The position numbers and the translations under genes are program-made. Under the pieces are notes generated by a model that was not told the DNA's origin, searched no databases, and was given only the letters and a program-made list of their open reading frames with translations. From Eledone cirrhosa (Eukaryota), in contig OZ024741.1 in NCBI GenBank assembly GCA_964016885.1, positions 361,708,001 to 361,772,000 on the forward strand: DNA of 64,000 nt. Direction: 5' to 3'. Position 1 is the stretch's first letter, and each line of letters begins with the position of its first letter. Below are positions 53,501 through 64,000 of the stretch, one piece after another.

Positions 53501-56500
53501 TGTCTCTCTTCCCTAGATACTTAAAGCATGTGTTTATGATGTTTCTCTTCCCTAGATACCTAAAGCATGTGTTTATGATGTCTCTCTTCCCTAGATACCA
53601 GAAGCATGTGTTTATGATGTCTCTCTTCCCTAGATACCAGAAGCATGTGTTTATGATGTTTCTCTTCCCTAGATACCAGAAGCATGTGTTTATGATGTTT
53701 CTCATCCCTAGATACCTAAAGCATGTGTTTATGATGTCTCTCTTCCCTAGATACCAGAAGCATGTCTTTATGATGTCTCTCTTCCCTAGATACCAGACGC
53801 ATGTGTTTATGATGTCTCTCTTCCCTACATACCAGAAGCATGTGTTTATGATGTCTCTCTTCCCTAGATACCAGAAGCATGTGTTTATGATGTTTCTCAG
53901 CCCTAGATACAAGAAGCATGTGTTTATGATGTCTCTCTTCCCTAGATACCAGAAGCATGTGTCTATGAATTTTCTCGTCCCTAGATATCTAAAGCATGTG
54001 TTTATGATGTCTCTCTTCCCTAGATACCAGAAGCATGTTTTTATGATATTTCTCGTCCCTAGATACCCAAAGCATGTGTTTATGATGTCTCTCTTCCCTA
54101 GGTACCAGAAGCATGTGTTTATGATGTCTCTCTTCCCTAGATACCTAAATCATGTCTTTATGATGTTTCTCTTCCCTAGACAGCTAAAGCATGTGTTTAT
54201 GATGTCTCTCTTCCCTAGATACCTAAAGCATGTGTTTATGATGTCTCTCTTCCCTAGATACCAGAAGCATGTGTTTATGATGTCTCTCTTCCCTAGATAC
54301 CACAAGCATGTGTTTATGATATCTCTCTTCCCTAGATACCAGAAGCATGTGTTTATGATGTTTCTCATCCCTAGATACCACAAGCATGTGTTTATGACGT
54401 CCCTCTTCCCTAGATACCTAAAGCATGTCTTTATGATGTTTCTCTTCCCTAGACACCTAAAGCATGTGTTTATGATGTCTCTCTTCCATTGATACATGGA
54501 GCATGTGTTTATGATGTCTCTCTTCCCTTGATACATGGAGAATGTGTTTATGATGTCTCTCTTCCCTAGATACCTAAAGCATGTGTTTATGATGTCTCTC
54601 TTCCCTAGATACCAGAAGCACGTATTTATGATGTCTCTCTTCCCTAGATACCAGAAGCATGTGTTTATGATGTCTCTCTTCCCTACATACCAGAAGCATG
54701 TGTTTATGATGTCTCTCATCCCTAGATACCTAAAGCATGTGTTTATGATGTCTCTCTTCCCTAGATACCAGAAGCATATGTTTATGATGTCTCTCTTCCC
54801 TAGATACCAGAAGCATGTGTTTATGACGTCTCTCTTTCCTAGATACCAGAAGCATGTGTTTATGATGTCTCTCTTCCCTAGATATCACAAGCATGTGTTT
54901 ATGATGTTTCTCATCCCTAGATACCCAAAGCATGTGTTTATGATGTTTCTCATCGCTAGATACCTAAAGCATGTGTTTATGATGTCTCTCTTCCCTAGGT
55001 ACCAGAAGTATGTGTTTATGATGTCTCCGTTCCCTAGATACCAGAAGCATGTGTTTATGATGTCTCTCTTCCCTAGATACAAGAAGCATATGTTTATGAT
55101 GTCTCTCTTCCCTAGATACCAGAAGCATGTGTTTATGATGTCTCTCTTTCCTAGATAGCAGAAGCATGTGTTTATGAAATCTCTCTTCCCTAGATATCAC
55201 AAGCATGTGTTTATGATGTTTATCACCCCTGGATACCTAAAGCATGTCTTTATGATGTCTCTCTTCCCTAGATACCAGAAGCATGTGTTTATGATGTTTC
55301 TCATACCTATATACCTAAAGCATGTGTTTATGATGTCTCTCTTCCCTAGATACCAGAAGCATGTGTTTATGATGTCTCTCTTCCCTAGATACCACGAGTA
55401 TGTGTTTATGATGTCTCTCTTCCCTAGATACCTAAAGCATGTCTTTATGATGTTTCTCTTCCCTAGACACCTAAAGCATGTGTTTATGATGTCTCTCTTC
55501 CATTGATACATGGAGCATGTATTTATGATGTCTCTCTTCCCTTGATACATGGTGCATGTGTTTATGATGTCTCTCTTCCTTAGATACCCAGAGCATGTGT
55601 TTATGATGTCTCTCTTCCCTAGATACCAGAAGCACGTATTTATGATGTCTCTCTTCCCTAGATACCAGAAGCATATGTTTATGATGTCTCTCTTCCCTAG
55701 ATACCAGAACCATGTGTTTATAACGTCTCTCTTTCCTAGATACCAGAAGCATGTGTTTATGATGTCTCTCTTCCCTAGATATCACAAGCATGTGTTTATG
55801 ATATTTCTCATCCCCAGATACCTAAAGAATGTGTTTATGATGTCTCCCTTCCCTAGATACCAGAAGCATGTGTTTATGATGTTTCTCATCGCTAGATACC
55901 TAAAGCATGTGTTTATGATGTCTCTCTTCCCTAGATACCAGAAGTATGTGTTTATGATGTCTCCCTTCCCTAGATACCAGAAGCATGTGTTTATGATGTC
56001 TCTCTTCCCTAGATACCAGAAGCATATGTTTATGATGTCTCTCTTCCCTAGATACCAGAAGCATGTGTTTATGATGTCTCTCTTTCCTAGATACCAGAAG
56101 CATGTGTTTATGATATCTCTCTTCCCTAGATATCACAAGCATGTGTTTATGATGTTTATCATCCCTGGATACCTAAAGCATGTCTTTATGATGTCTCTCT
56201 TCCCTAGATACCACGAGCATGTGTTTATGATGTTTCTCATCCCTAGATACCACAAGCATGTGTTTATGATGTCCCTCTTCCCTAGATACCTAAAGCATGT
56301 CTTTATGATGTTTCTCTTCCCTAGACACCTAAAGCATGTGTTTATGATGTCGCTCTTCCATTGATACATGGAGCATGTGTTTATGATGTCTCTCTTCCCT
56401 TGATACATGGTGCATGTGTTTATGATGTCTCTCTTCCCTAGATACCCAAAGCATGTGTTTATGATGTCTCTCTTCCCTAGATACCAGAAGCACGTATTTA

Positions 56501-58320
56501 TGATGTCTCTCTTCCCTAGATACCAGAAGCATGTGTTTATGATGTTTCTCATCCCTTGATACCACAAGCATGTGTTTATGATGTCTCTCTTCCCTAGATA
56601 CCTAAAGCATGTCTTTATGATGTTTCTCTTCCCTAGACACCTAAAGCATGTGTTTATGATGTCTCTCTTCCATTGATACATGGAGCATGTGTTTATGATG
56701 TCTCTCTTCCCTTGATACATGGAGCATGTGTTTAGAATGTCTCTCTTCCCTAGATACCTAAAGCATGTGTTTATGATGTCTCTCTTCCCTAGATACCAGA
56801 AGCACGTCTTTATGATGTCTCTCTTCCCTAGATACCAGAAGCCTTTGTTTATGATGTCTCTCTTCCCTACATACCAGAAGCATGTGTTTATGATGTCTCT
56901 CTTCCCTAGATACCAGAAGCATGTGTTTATGATGTTTCTCATCCCTAGATACCTAAAGCATGTGTTTATGATGTCTCTCTTCCCTAGATACCAGAAGCAC
57001 GTCTTTATGATGTCTCTCTTCCCTAGATACCAGAAGCATGTGTTTATGACGTCGCTCTTTCCTAGATACCAGAAGCATGTGTTTATGATGTCTCTCTTCC
57101 CTAGATACCACGAGCATGTGTTTATGATGTCTCTCTTCCCTAGATACCAGAAGCATGTGTTTATGATGTTTCTCATCCCTAGATACCACAAGCATGTGTT
57201 TATGATGTCCCTCTTCCCTAGATACCTAAAGCACGTGTTTATGATGTTTCTCTTCCCTAGACACCTAAAGCATGTGTTTATGATGTCTCTCTTCCATTGA
57301 TACATGGAGCATGTGTTTATGATGTCTCTCTTCCCTTGATACATGGTGCATGTGTTTATGATGTCTCTCTTCCCTAGATACCCAAAGCATGTGTTTATGA
57401 TGTCTCTCTTCCCTAGATACCAGAAGCACGTATTTATGATGTCTCTCTTCCCTAGATACCAGAAGCATGTGTTTATGATGTTTCTCATCCCTTGATACCA
57501 CAAGCATGTGTTTATGATCTCTCTCTTCCCTAGATACCTAAAGCATGTCTTTATGATGTTTCTCTTCCCTAGACACCTAAAGCATGTGTTTATGATGTCT
57601 CTCTTCCATTGATACATGGAGCATGTGTTTATGATGTCTCTCTTCCCTTGATACATGGAGAATGTGTTTATGATGTCTCTCTTCCCTAGATACCTAAAGC
57701 ATGTGTTTATGATGTCTCTCTTCCCTAGATACCAGAAGCACGTATTTATGATGTCTCTCTTCCCTAGATACCAGAAGCATGTGTTTATGATGTCTCTCTT
57801 CCCTACATATCAGAAGCATGTGTTTATGATGTCTCACTTCCCTAGATACCAGAAGCATGTGTTTATGATGTTTCTCATCCCTAGATACCTAAAGCATGTG
57901 TTTATGATGTCTCTCTTCTCTAGATACCAGAAGCATGTGTTTATGACGTCTCTCTTTCCTAGATACCAGAAGCATGTGTTTATGATGTCTCTCTTCCCTA
58001 GATATCACAAGCATGTGTTTATGATGTTTCTCATCTCTAGATACCTAAAGAATGTGTTTATGATGTCTCTCTTCCCTAGATACCTGAAGCATGTGTTTAT
58101 GATGTTTCTCATCGCTAGATAACTAAAGCATGTGTTTATGATGTCTCTCTTCCCTAGATACCAGAAGCATGTGTTTATGATGTCTCCCTTCCCTAGATAC
58201 CAGAAGCATGTGTTTATGATGTCTCTCTTCCCTAGATACCAGAAGCATGTGTTTATGATGTTTCTCATACCTAGATACCTAAAGCATGTGTTTATGATGT
58301 CTCTCTTCCCTAGATACCAG
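40100..58320. repeat. Tandem duplication of about 9.1 kb (234/233 monomers): about 40,100-49,230 and about 49,230-58,320
   Basis: ORF offsets are 9,131 (40573/49704, 42126/51257, 43775/52906), then 9,092 after loss of one monomer near 53,410 (45443/54535, 46457/55549, 47627/56719, 48563/57655). Shared GTCTCACTTCCC at about 40,662/49,793 is absent from the older homologous blocks at about 19.2, 28.75 and 31.76 kb. Confidence 0.93.
47100..48930. repeat. Imperfect 936-bp (24-monomer) internal tandem repeat; recopied at about 56,190-58,020
   Basis: Identical 80-aa minus-strand ORFs at 47237/48173 and 56329/57265 (offset 936). Markers CATGGTGC and CATCCCTTGATACCAC repeat at the same spacing. Confidence 0.75.
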
Positions 58321-58859
58321 AAGCATGTGTTTATGATGTCTCTCTTCCCTAGATACCACGAGCATGTGTTTATGATGTCTCTCTTCCCTAGATACCAAAA
58401 GCATGTGTTTATGATATCTCTCTTCCCTAGATACCAGAAGCATGTGTTTATGATGTTTCTCATCCCTAGATACCACAAGCATGTGTTTATGATGTCCCTC
58501 TTCCCTAGATACCTAAAGCATGTCTTTATGATGTTTCTCTTCCCTAGACACCTTAAGCATGTGTTTATGATGTCTCCCTTCCATTGATACTTGGAGCATG
58601 TGTTTATGATGTCTCTCTTCCCTAGATACCAGAACCATGTGTTTAGAACGTCTCTCTTTCCTAGATACCAGAAGCATGTGTTTATGATGTCTCTCTTCCC
58701 TAGATATCACAAGCATGTGTTTATGATGTTTCTCATCCCTAGATACCTAAAGAAAGTGTTTATGATGTCTCTCTTCCCTAGATACCAGAAGCATGTGTTT
58801 ATGATGTTTCTCATCGCTAGTTACCTAAAGCATGTGTTTATGATGTCTCTCTTCCCTAG

Positions 58860-61800
58860 ATTCCAGAAGCATATGTTTATGATGTCTCTCTTCCCTAGAT
58901 ACCAGAAGCATGTGTTTATGACGTCTCTCTTTCCTAGATACCAGAAGCATGTGTTTATGATGTCTCTCTTCCCTAGACATCACAAGCATGTGTTTATGAT
59001 GTTTCTCATCCCTAGATACCACAAGCATGTGTTTATGATGTCCCTCTTCCCTAGATACCTAATGCATGTCTTTATGATGTTTCTCTTCCCTAGACACCTA
59101 AAGCATGTGTTTATGATGTCTCTCTTCCATTGATACATGGAGCATGTGTTTATGATGTCTCTCTTCCCTTGATACATGGAGAATGTGTTTATGATGTCTC
59201 TCTTCGCTAGATAGCTAAATCATGTGTTTATGATGTCTCTCTTCCCTAGATACCAGAAGCACGTATTTATGATGTCTCTCTTCCCTAGATACCAGAAGCA
59301 TGTGTTTATGATGTCTCTCTTCCCTACATACCAGAAGCATGTGTTTATGATGTCTCTCTTCGCTAGATACCAGAAGCATGTGTTTATGATGTTTCTCATC
59401 CCTAGATACCTAAAGCATGTGTTTATGATGTCTCTCTTCCCTAGATACCAGAAGCATATGTTTATTATGTCTCTCTTCCCTAGATACCAGAACCATGTGT
59501 TTATAACTTCTCTCTTTCCTAGATACCAGAAGCATGTGTTTATGATGTCTCTCTTCCCTAGATATCACAAGCATGTGTTTATGATGTTTCTCATCGCTAG
59601 ACACCTAAAGCATGTGTTTATGATGTCTCTCTTCCCTAGATACCAGAAGCATGTGTTTATGATGTCTCCCTTCCCTAGATACCAGAAGCATGTGTTTATG
59701 ATGTCTCTCTTCCCTAGATACCACAAGCATGTGTTTATGATGTTACTCTCTTCCCTAGATACCAGAAGCATGTGTTTATGATGTCTCTCTTCCCTAGATA
59801 CCAGAAGCATGTGTTTATGATGTTTCTCATCCCTAGATACCTAAAGCATGTGTTTATGATGTCTCTCTTCCCTAGATACCAGAAGCATATGTTTATGATG
59901 TCTCTCTTCCCTAGAAACCAGAAGCATGTGTTTATGACGTCTCTCTTTCCTAGATACCAGAACCATGTGTTTATGATGTCTCTCTTCTCTAGACATCACA
60001 AGCATGTGTTTATGATGTTTCTCATCCCTAGATACCACAAGCATGTGTTTATGATGTTTATCATCCCTGGATACCTAAAGCATGTCTTTATGATGTCTCT
60101 CTTCCCTAGATACCAGAAGCATGTGTTTATGATGTCTCTCTTGCCTAGATACCAGAAGCATGTGTTTATGATGTCTCTCTTCCCTAGATACCACGAGCAT
60201 ATGTTTATGATGTCTCTCTTCCCTAGATACCAGAACCATGTGTTTAGAACGTCTCTCTTTCCTAGATACCAGAAGCATGTGTTTATGATGTCTCTCTTCC
60301 CTAGATATCACAAGCATGTGTTTATGATGTTTCTCATCCCTAGATACCTAAAGAAAGTGTTTATGATGTCTCTCTTCCCTAGATACCAGAAGCATGTGTT
60401 TATGATGTTTCTCATCGCTAGTTACCTAAAGCATGTGTTTATGATGTCTCTCTTCCCTAGATACCAGAAGCATGTGTTTATGATGTCTCCCTTCCCTAGA
60501 TACCAGAAGCATATGTTTATGATGTCTCTCTTCCCTAGATACCAGAAGCATGTGTTTATGATGTCTCTCTTCCCTAGATACCAGAAGCATGTGTTTATGA
60601 TGTTTCTCAACCCTAGATACCTAAAGTATGTGTTTATGATGTCTCTCTTCCCTAGATACCAGAAGCATATGTTTATGATGTCTCTCTTCCCTAGATACCA
60701 GAAGCATGTGTTTATGACGTCTCTCTTGCCTAGATACCAGAAGCATGTGTTTATGATGCCTCTCTTCCCTAGATACCACGAGCATATGTTTATGATGTCT
60801 CTCTTCCCTAGATACCAGAACCATGTGTTTAGAACGTCTCTCTTTCCTAGATACCAGAAGCATGTGTTTATGATGTCTCTCTTCCCTAGATATCACAAGC
60901 ATGTGTTTATGATGTTTCTCATCCCTAGATACCTAAAGAAAGTGTTTATGATGTCTCTCTTCCCTAGATACCAGAAGCATGTGTTTATGATGTTTCTCAT
61001 CGCTAGTTACCTAAAGCATGTGTTTATGATGTCTCTCTTCCCTAGATACCAGAAGCATGTGTTTATGATGTCTCCCTTCCCTAGATACCAGAAGCATATG
61101 TTTATGATGTCTCTCTTCCCTAGATACCAGAAGCATGTGTTTATGATGTCTCTCTTCCCTAGATACCAGAAGCATGTGTTTATGATGTTTCTCAACCCTA
61201 GATACCTAAAGTATGTGTTTATGATGTCTCTCTTCCCTAGATACCAGAAGCATATGTTTATGATGTCTCTCTTCCCTAGATACCAGAAGCATGTGTTTAT
61301 GACGTCTCTCTTTCCTAGATACCAGAAGCATGTGTTTATGATGTCTCTCTTCCCTAGACATCACAAGCATGTGTTTATGATGTTTCTCATCCCTAGATAC
61401 CACAAGCATGTGTTTATGATGTCCCTCTTCCCTAGATACCTAAAGCATGTCTTTATGATGTTTGTATTCCCTAGACACCTAAAGCATGTGTTTATGATGT
61501 CTCTCTTCCATTGATACATGGAGCATGTGTTTATGATGTCTCTCTTCCCTTGATACATGGAGAATGTGTTTATGATGTCTCTCTTCCCTAGATACCTAAA
61601 GCATGTGTTTATGATGTCTCTCTTCCCTAGATACCAGAAGCACGTATTTATGATGTCTCTCTTCCCTAGATACCAGAAGCATATGTTTATGATGTCTCTC
61701 TTCCCTACATACCAGAAGAATGTGTTTATGATGTCTCTCTTCGCTAGATACCAGAAGCATGTGTTTATGATGTTTCTCATCCCTAGATACCTAAAGCACG

Positions 61801-64000
61801 TGTTTATGATGTCTCTCTTCCCTAGATACCAGAAGCATGTGTTTATGACGTCTCTCTTCCCTAGATATCACAAGCATGTGTTTATGATGTTTCTCATCCC
61901 TAGATACCTGAAGAATGTGTTTATGATGTCTCTCTTCCCTAGATACCAGAAGCATGTGTTTATGATGTCTCTCTTCCCTAGATACCAGAAGCATGTGTTT
62001 ATGATGTCTCTCATCCCTAGATACCAGAAGCATGTGTTTATGATGTCTCTCTTCTCTAGACATCACAAGCATGTGTTTATGATGTTTCTCATCCCTAGAT
62101 ACCACAAGCATGTGTTTATGATGTTTATCATCCCTGGATACCTAAAGCATGTCTTTATGATGTCTCTCTTCCCTAGATACCAGAAGCATGTGTTTATGAT
62201 GTTTCTCATACCTAGATACCTAAAGCATGTGTTTATGATGTCTCTCTTGCCCAGATACCAGAAGCATGTGTTTATGATGTCTCTCTTCCCTAGATACCAC
62301 GAGCATATGTTTATGATGTCTCTCTTCCCTAGATACCAGAACCATGTGTTTAGAACGTCTCTCTTTCCTAGATACCAGAAGCATGTGTTTATGATGTCTC
62401 TCTTCCCTAGATATCACAAGCATGTGTTTATGATGTTTCTCATCCCTAGATACCTAAAGAAAGTGTTTATGATGTCTCTCTTCCCTAGATACCAGAAGCA
62501 TGTGTTTATGATGTTTCTCATCGCTAGTTACCTAAAGCATGTGTTTATGATGTCTCTCTTCCCTAGATACCAGAAGCATGTGTTTATGATGTCTCCCTTC
62601 CCTAGATACCAGAAGCATATGTTTATGATGTCTCTCTTCCCTAGATACCAGAAGCATGTGTTTATGATGTCTCTCTTCCCTAGATACCAGAAGCATGTGT
62701 TTATGATGTTTCTCAACCCTAGATACCTAAAGCATGTGTTTATGATGTCTCTCTTCCCTAGATACCAGAAGCATATGTTTATGATGTCTCTCTTCCCTAG
62801 ATACCAGAAGCATGTGTTTATGACGTCTCTCTTTCCTAGATACCAGAAGCATGTGTTTATGATGTCTCTCTTCCCTAGACATCACAAGCATGTGTTTATG
62901 ATGTTTCTCATCCCTAGATACCACAAGCATGTGTTTATGATGTCCCTCTTCCCTAGATACCTAATGCATGTCTTTATGATGTTTCTCTTCCCTAGACACC
63001 TAAAGCATGTGTTTATGATGTCTCTCTTCCATTGATACATGGAGCATGTGTTTATGATGTCTCTCTTCCCTTGATACATGGAGAATGTGTTTATGATGTC
63101 TCTCTTCGCTAGATAGCTAAATCATGTGTTTATGATGTCTCTCTTCCCTAGATACCAGAAGCACGTATTTATGATGTCTCTCTTCCCTAGATACCAGAAG
63201 CATGTGTTTATGATGTCTCTCTTCCCTACATACCAGAAGCATGTGTTTATGATGTCTCTCTTCGCTAGATACCAGAAGCATGTGTTTATGATGTTTCTCA
63301 TCCCTAGATACCTAAAGCATGTGTTTATGATGTCTCTCTTCCCTAGATACCAGAAGCATATGTTTATTATGTCTCTCTTCCCTAGATACCAGAACCATGT
63401 GTTTATAACTTCTCTCTTTCCTAGATACCAGAAGCATGTGTTTATGATGTCTCTCTTCCCTAGATATCACAAGCATGTGTTTATGATGTTTCTCATCGCT
63501 AGACACCTAAAGCATGTGTTTATGATGTCTCTCTTCCCTAGATACCAGAAGCATGTGTTTATGATGTCTCCCTTCCCTAGATACCAGAAGCATGTGTTTA
63601 TGATGTCTCTCTTCCCTAGATACCACAAGCATGTGTTTATGATGTTACTCTCTTCCCTAGATACCAGAAGCATGTGTTTATGATGTCTCTCTTCCCTAGA
63701 TACCAGAAGCATGTGTTTATGATGTTTCTCATCCCTAGATACCTAAAGCATGTGTTTATGATGTCTCTCTTCCCTAGATACCAGAAGCATATGTTTATGA
63801 TGTCTCTCTTCCCTAGAAACCAGAAGCATGTGTTTATGACGTCTCTCTTTCCTAGATACCAGAACCATGTGTTTATGATGTCTCTCTTCTCTAGACATCA
63901 CAAGCATGTGTTTATGATGTTTCTCATCCCTAGATACCACAAGCATGTGTTTATGATGTTTATCATCCCTGGATACCTAAAGCATGTCTTTATGATGTCT
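58860..64000. repeat. Duplicated block, offset 3,902 bp (100 monomers + 2 bp): about 58,860-60,100 and about 62,760-64,000 (second copy runs off the window)
   Basis: ORF offsets 58980/62882, 59224/63126, 59565/63467 and 59841/63743 are all 3,902. Private GTTACTCTC (about 59,742/63,644) and CGCTAGATAGCTAAATC (about 59,205/63,107) match. Confidence 0.9.
60170..61340. repeat. 585-bp (15-monomer) tandem duplication; related copies at about 58,600 (partial) and about 62,280
   Basis: Identical ORFs at 60422/61007 (offset 585) and at 62528. Markers TTTAGAACG, AAGAAAGTG, CGCTAGTTACC and CTCAACCCT recur in the same order. Confidence 0.85.

Larger units (their letters stand above)
1..64000. repeat. 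39-bp tandem satellite array, about 1,640 head-to-tail monomers, consensus TATGATGTCTCTCTTCCCTAGATACCAGAAGCATGTGTT; extends beyond both window ends
   Basis: The same 39-mer recurs continuously, usually with 0-3 substitutions (exact consensus at 40-78). There are occasional 37/38/40/41-bp length variants. I saw no inversion or non-repeat insertion. Every ORF is a 13-aa periodic translation of the monomer. Confidence 0.99.

Noticed and set aside
2-63946. All ORFs in the track as protein-coding genes
   Set aside because: They are 13-aa periodic translations of the monomer, overlap in three frames on both strands, and start and stop at variant or indel monomers. They have no unique domains, and frameshifts and stops are propagated by duplication.
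1-64000. CRISPR array (repeat length in the CRISPR range)
   Set aside because: Monomers abut directly, with no unique spacers, no leader and no cas genes.
1-64000. Telomeric repeat (CCCTAG/CCCTAA within the monomer)
   Set aside because: There is a single hexamer per 39-bp unit and never a tandem run; CCCTAA occurs only in minority variants.
1-64000. Sequencing or concatemer artefact, or synthetic construct
   Set aside because: Rare variants are inherited in ordered blocks at fixed multi-kb offsets with small differences between copies. That fits evolutionary duplication rather than random error, though individual duplications still need read support.

Overview
The whole 64-kb window is one uninterrupted, head-to-tail, single-orientation satellite array. 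The monomer is 39 bp, consensus TATGATGTCTCTCTTCCCTAGATACCAGAAGCATGTGTT (exact copy at 40-78; 16/39 = 41% GC; no CpG), with about 1,640 copies by length. The array runs off both ends. I see no unique sequence, transposon, RNA gene, CRISPR spacers or credible protein-coding gene. The many ORFs arise because 39 bp = 13 codons and three of the six consensus frames have no stop codon. The real information lies in the variant monomers. They reveal nested higher-order duplications (periods about 0.27, 0.47, 0.59, 0.94, 1.3, 1.45, 3.0, 3.7, 3.9, 5.2, 9.1 and 9.5 kb), a left-to-right gradient in variant types, a hypervariable dinucleotide, and a recurrent 5-substitution hairpin monomer. I cannot name the organism or satellite family. 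The architecture suggests eukaryotic (peri)centromeric or subtelomeric satellite DNA, but that is inference. Counts and breakpoints were made by eye and from ORF-track offsets, so they are approximate.
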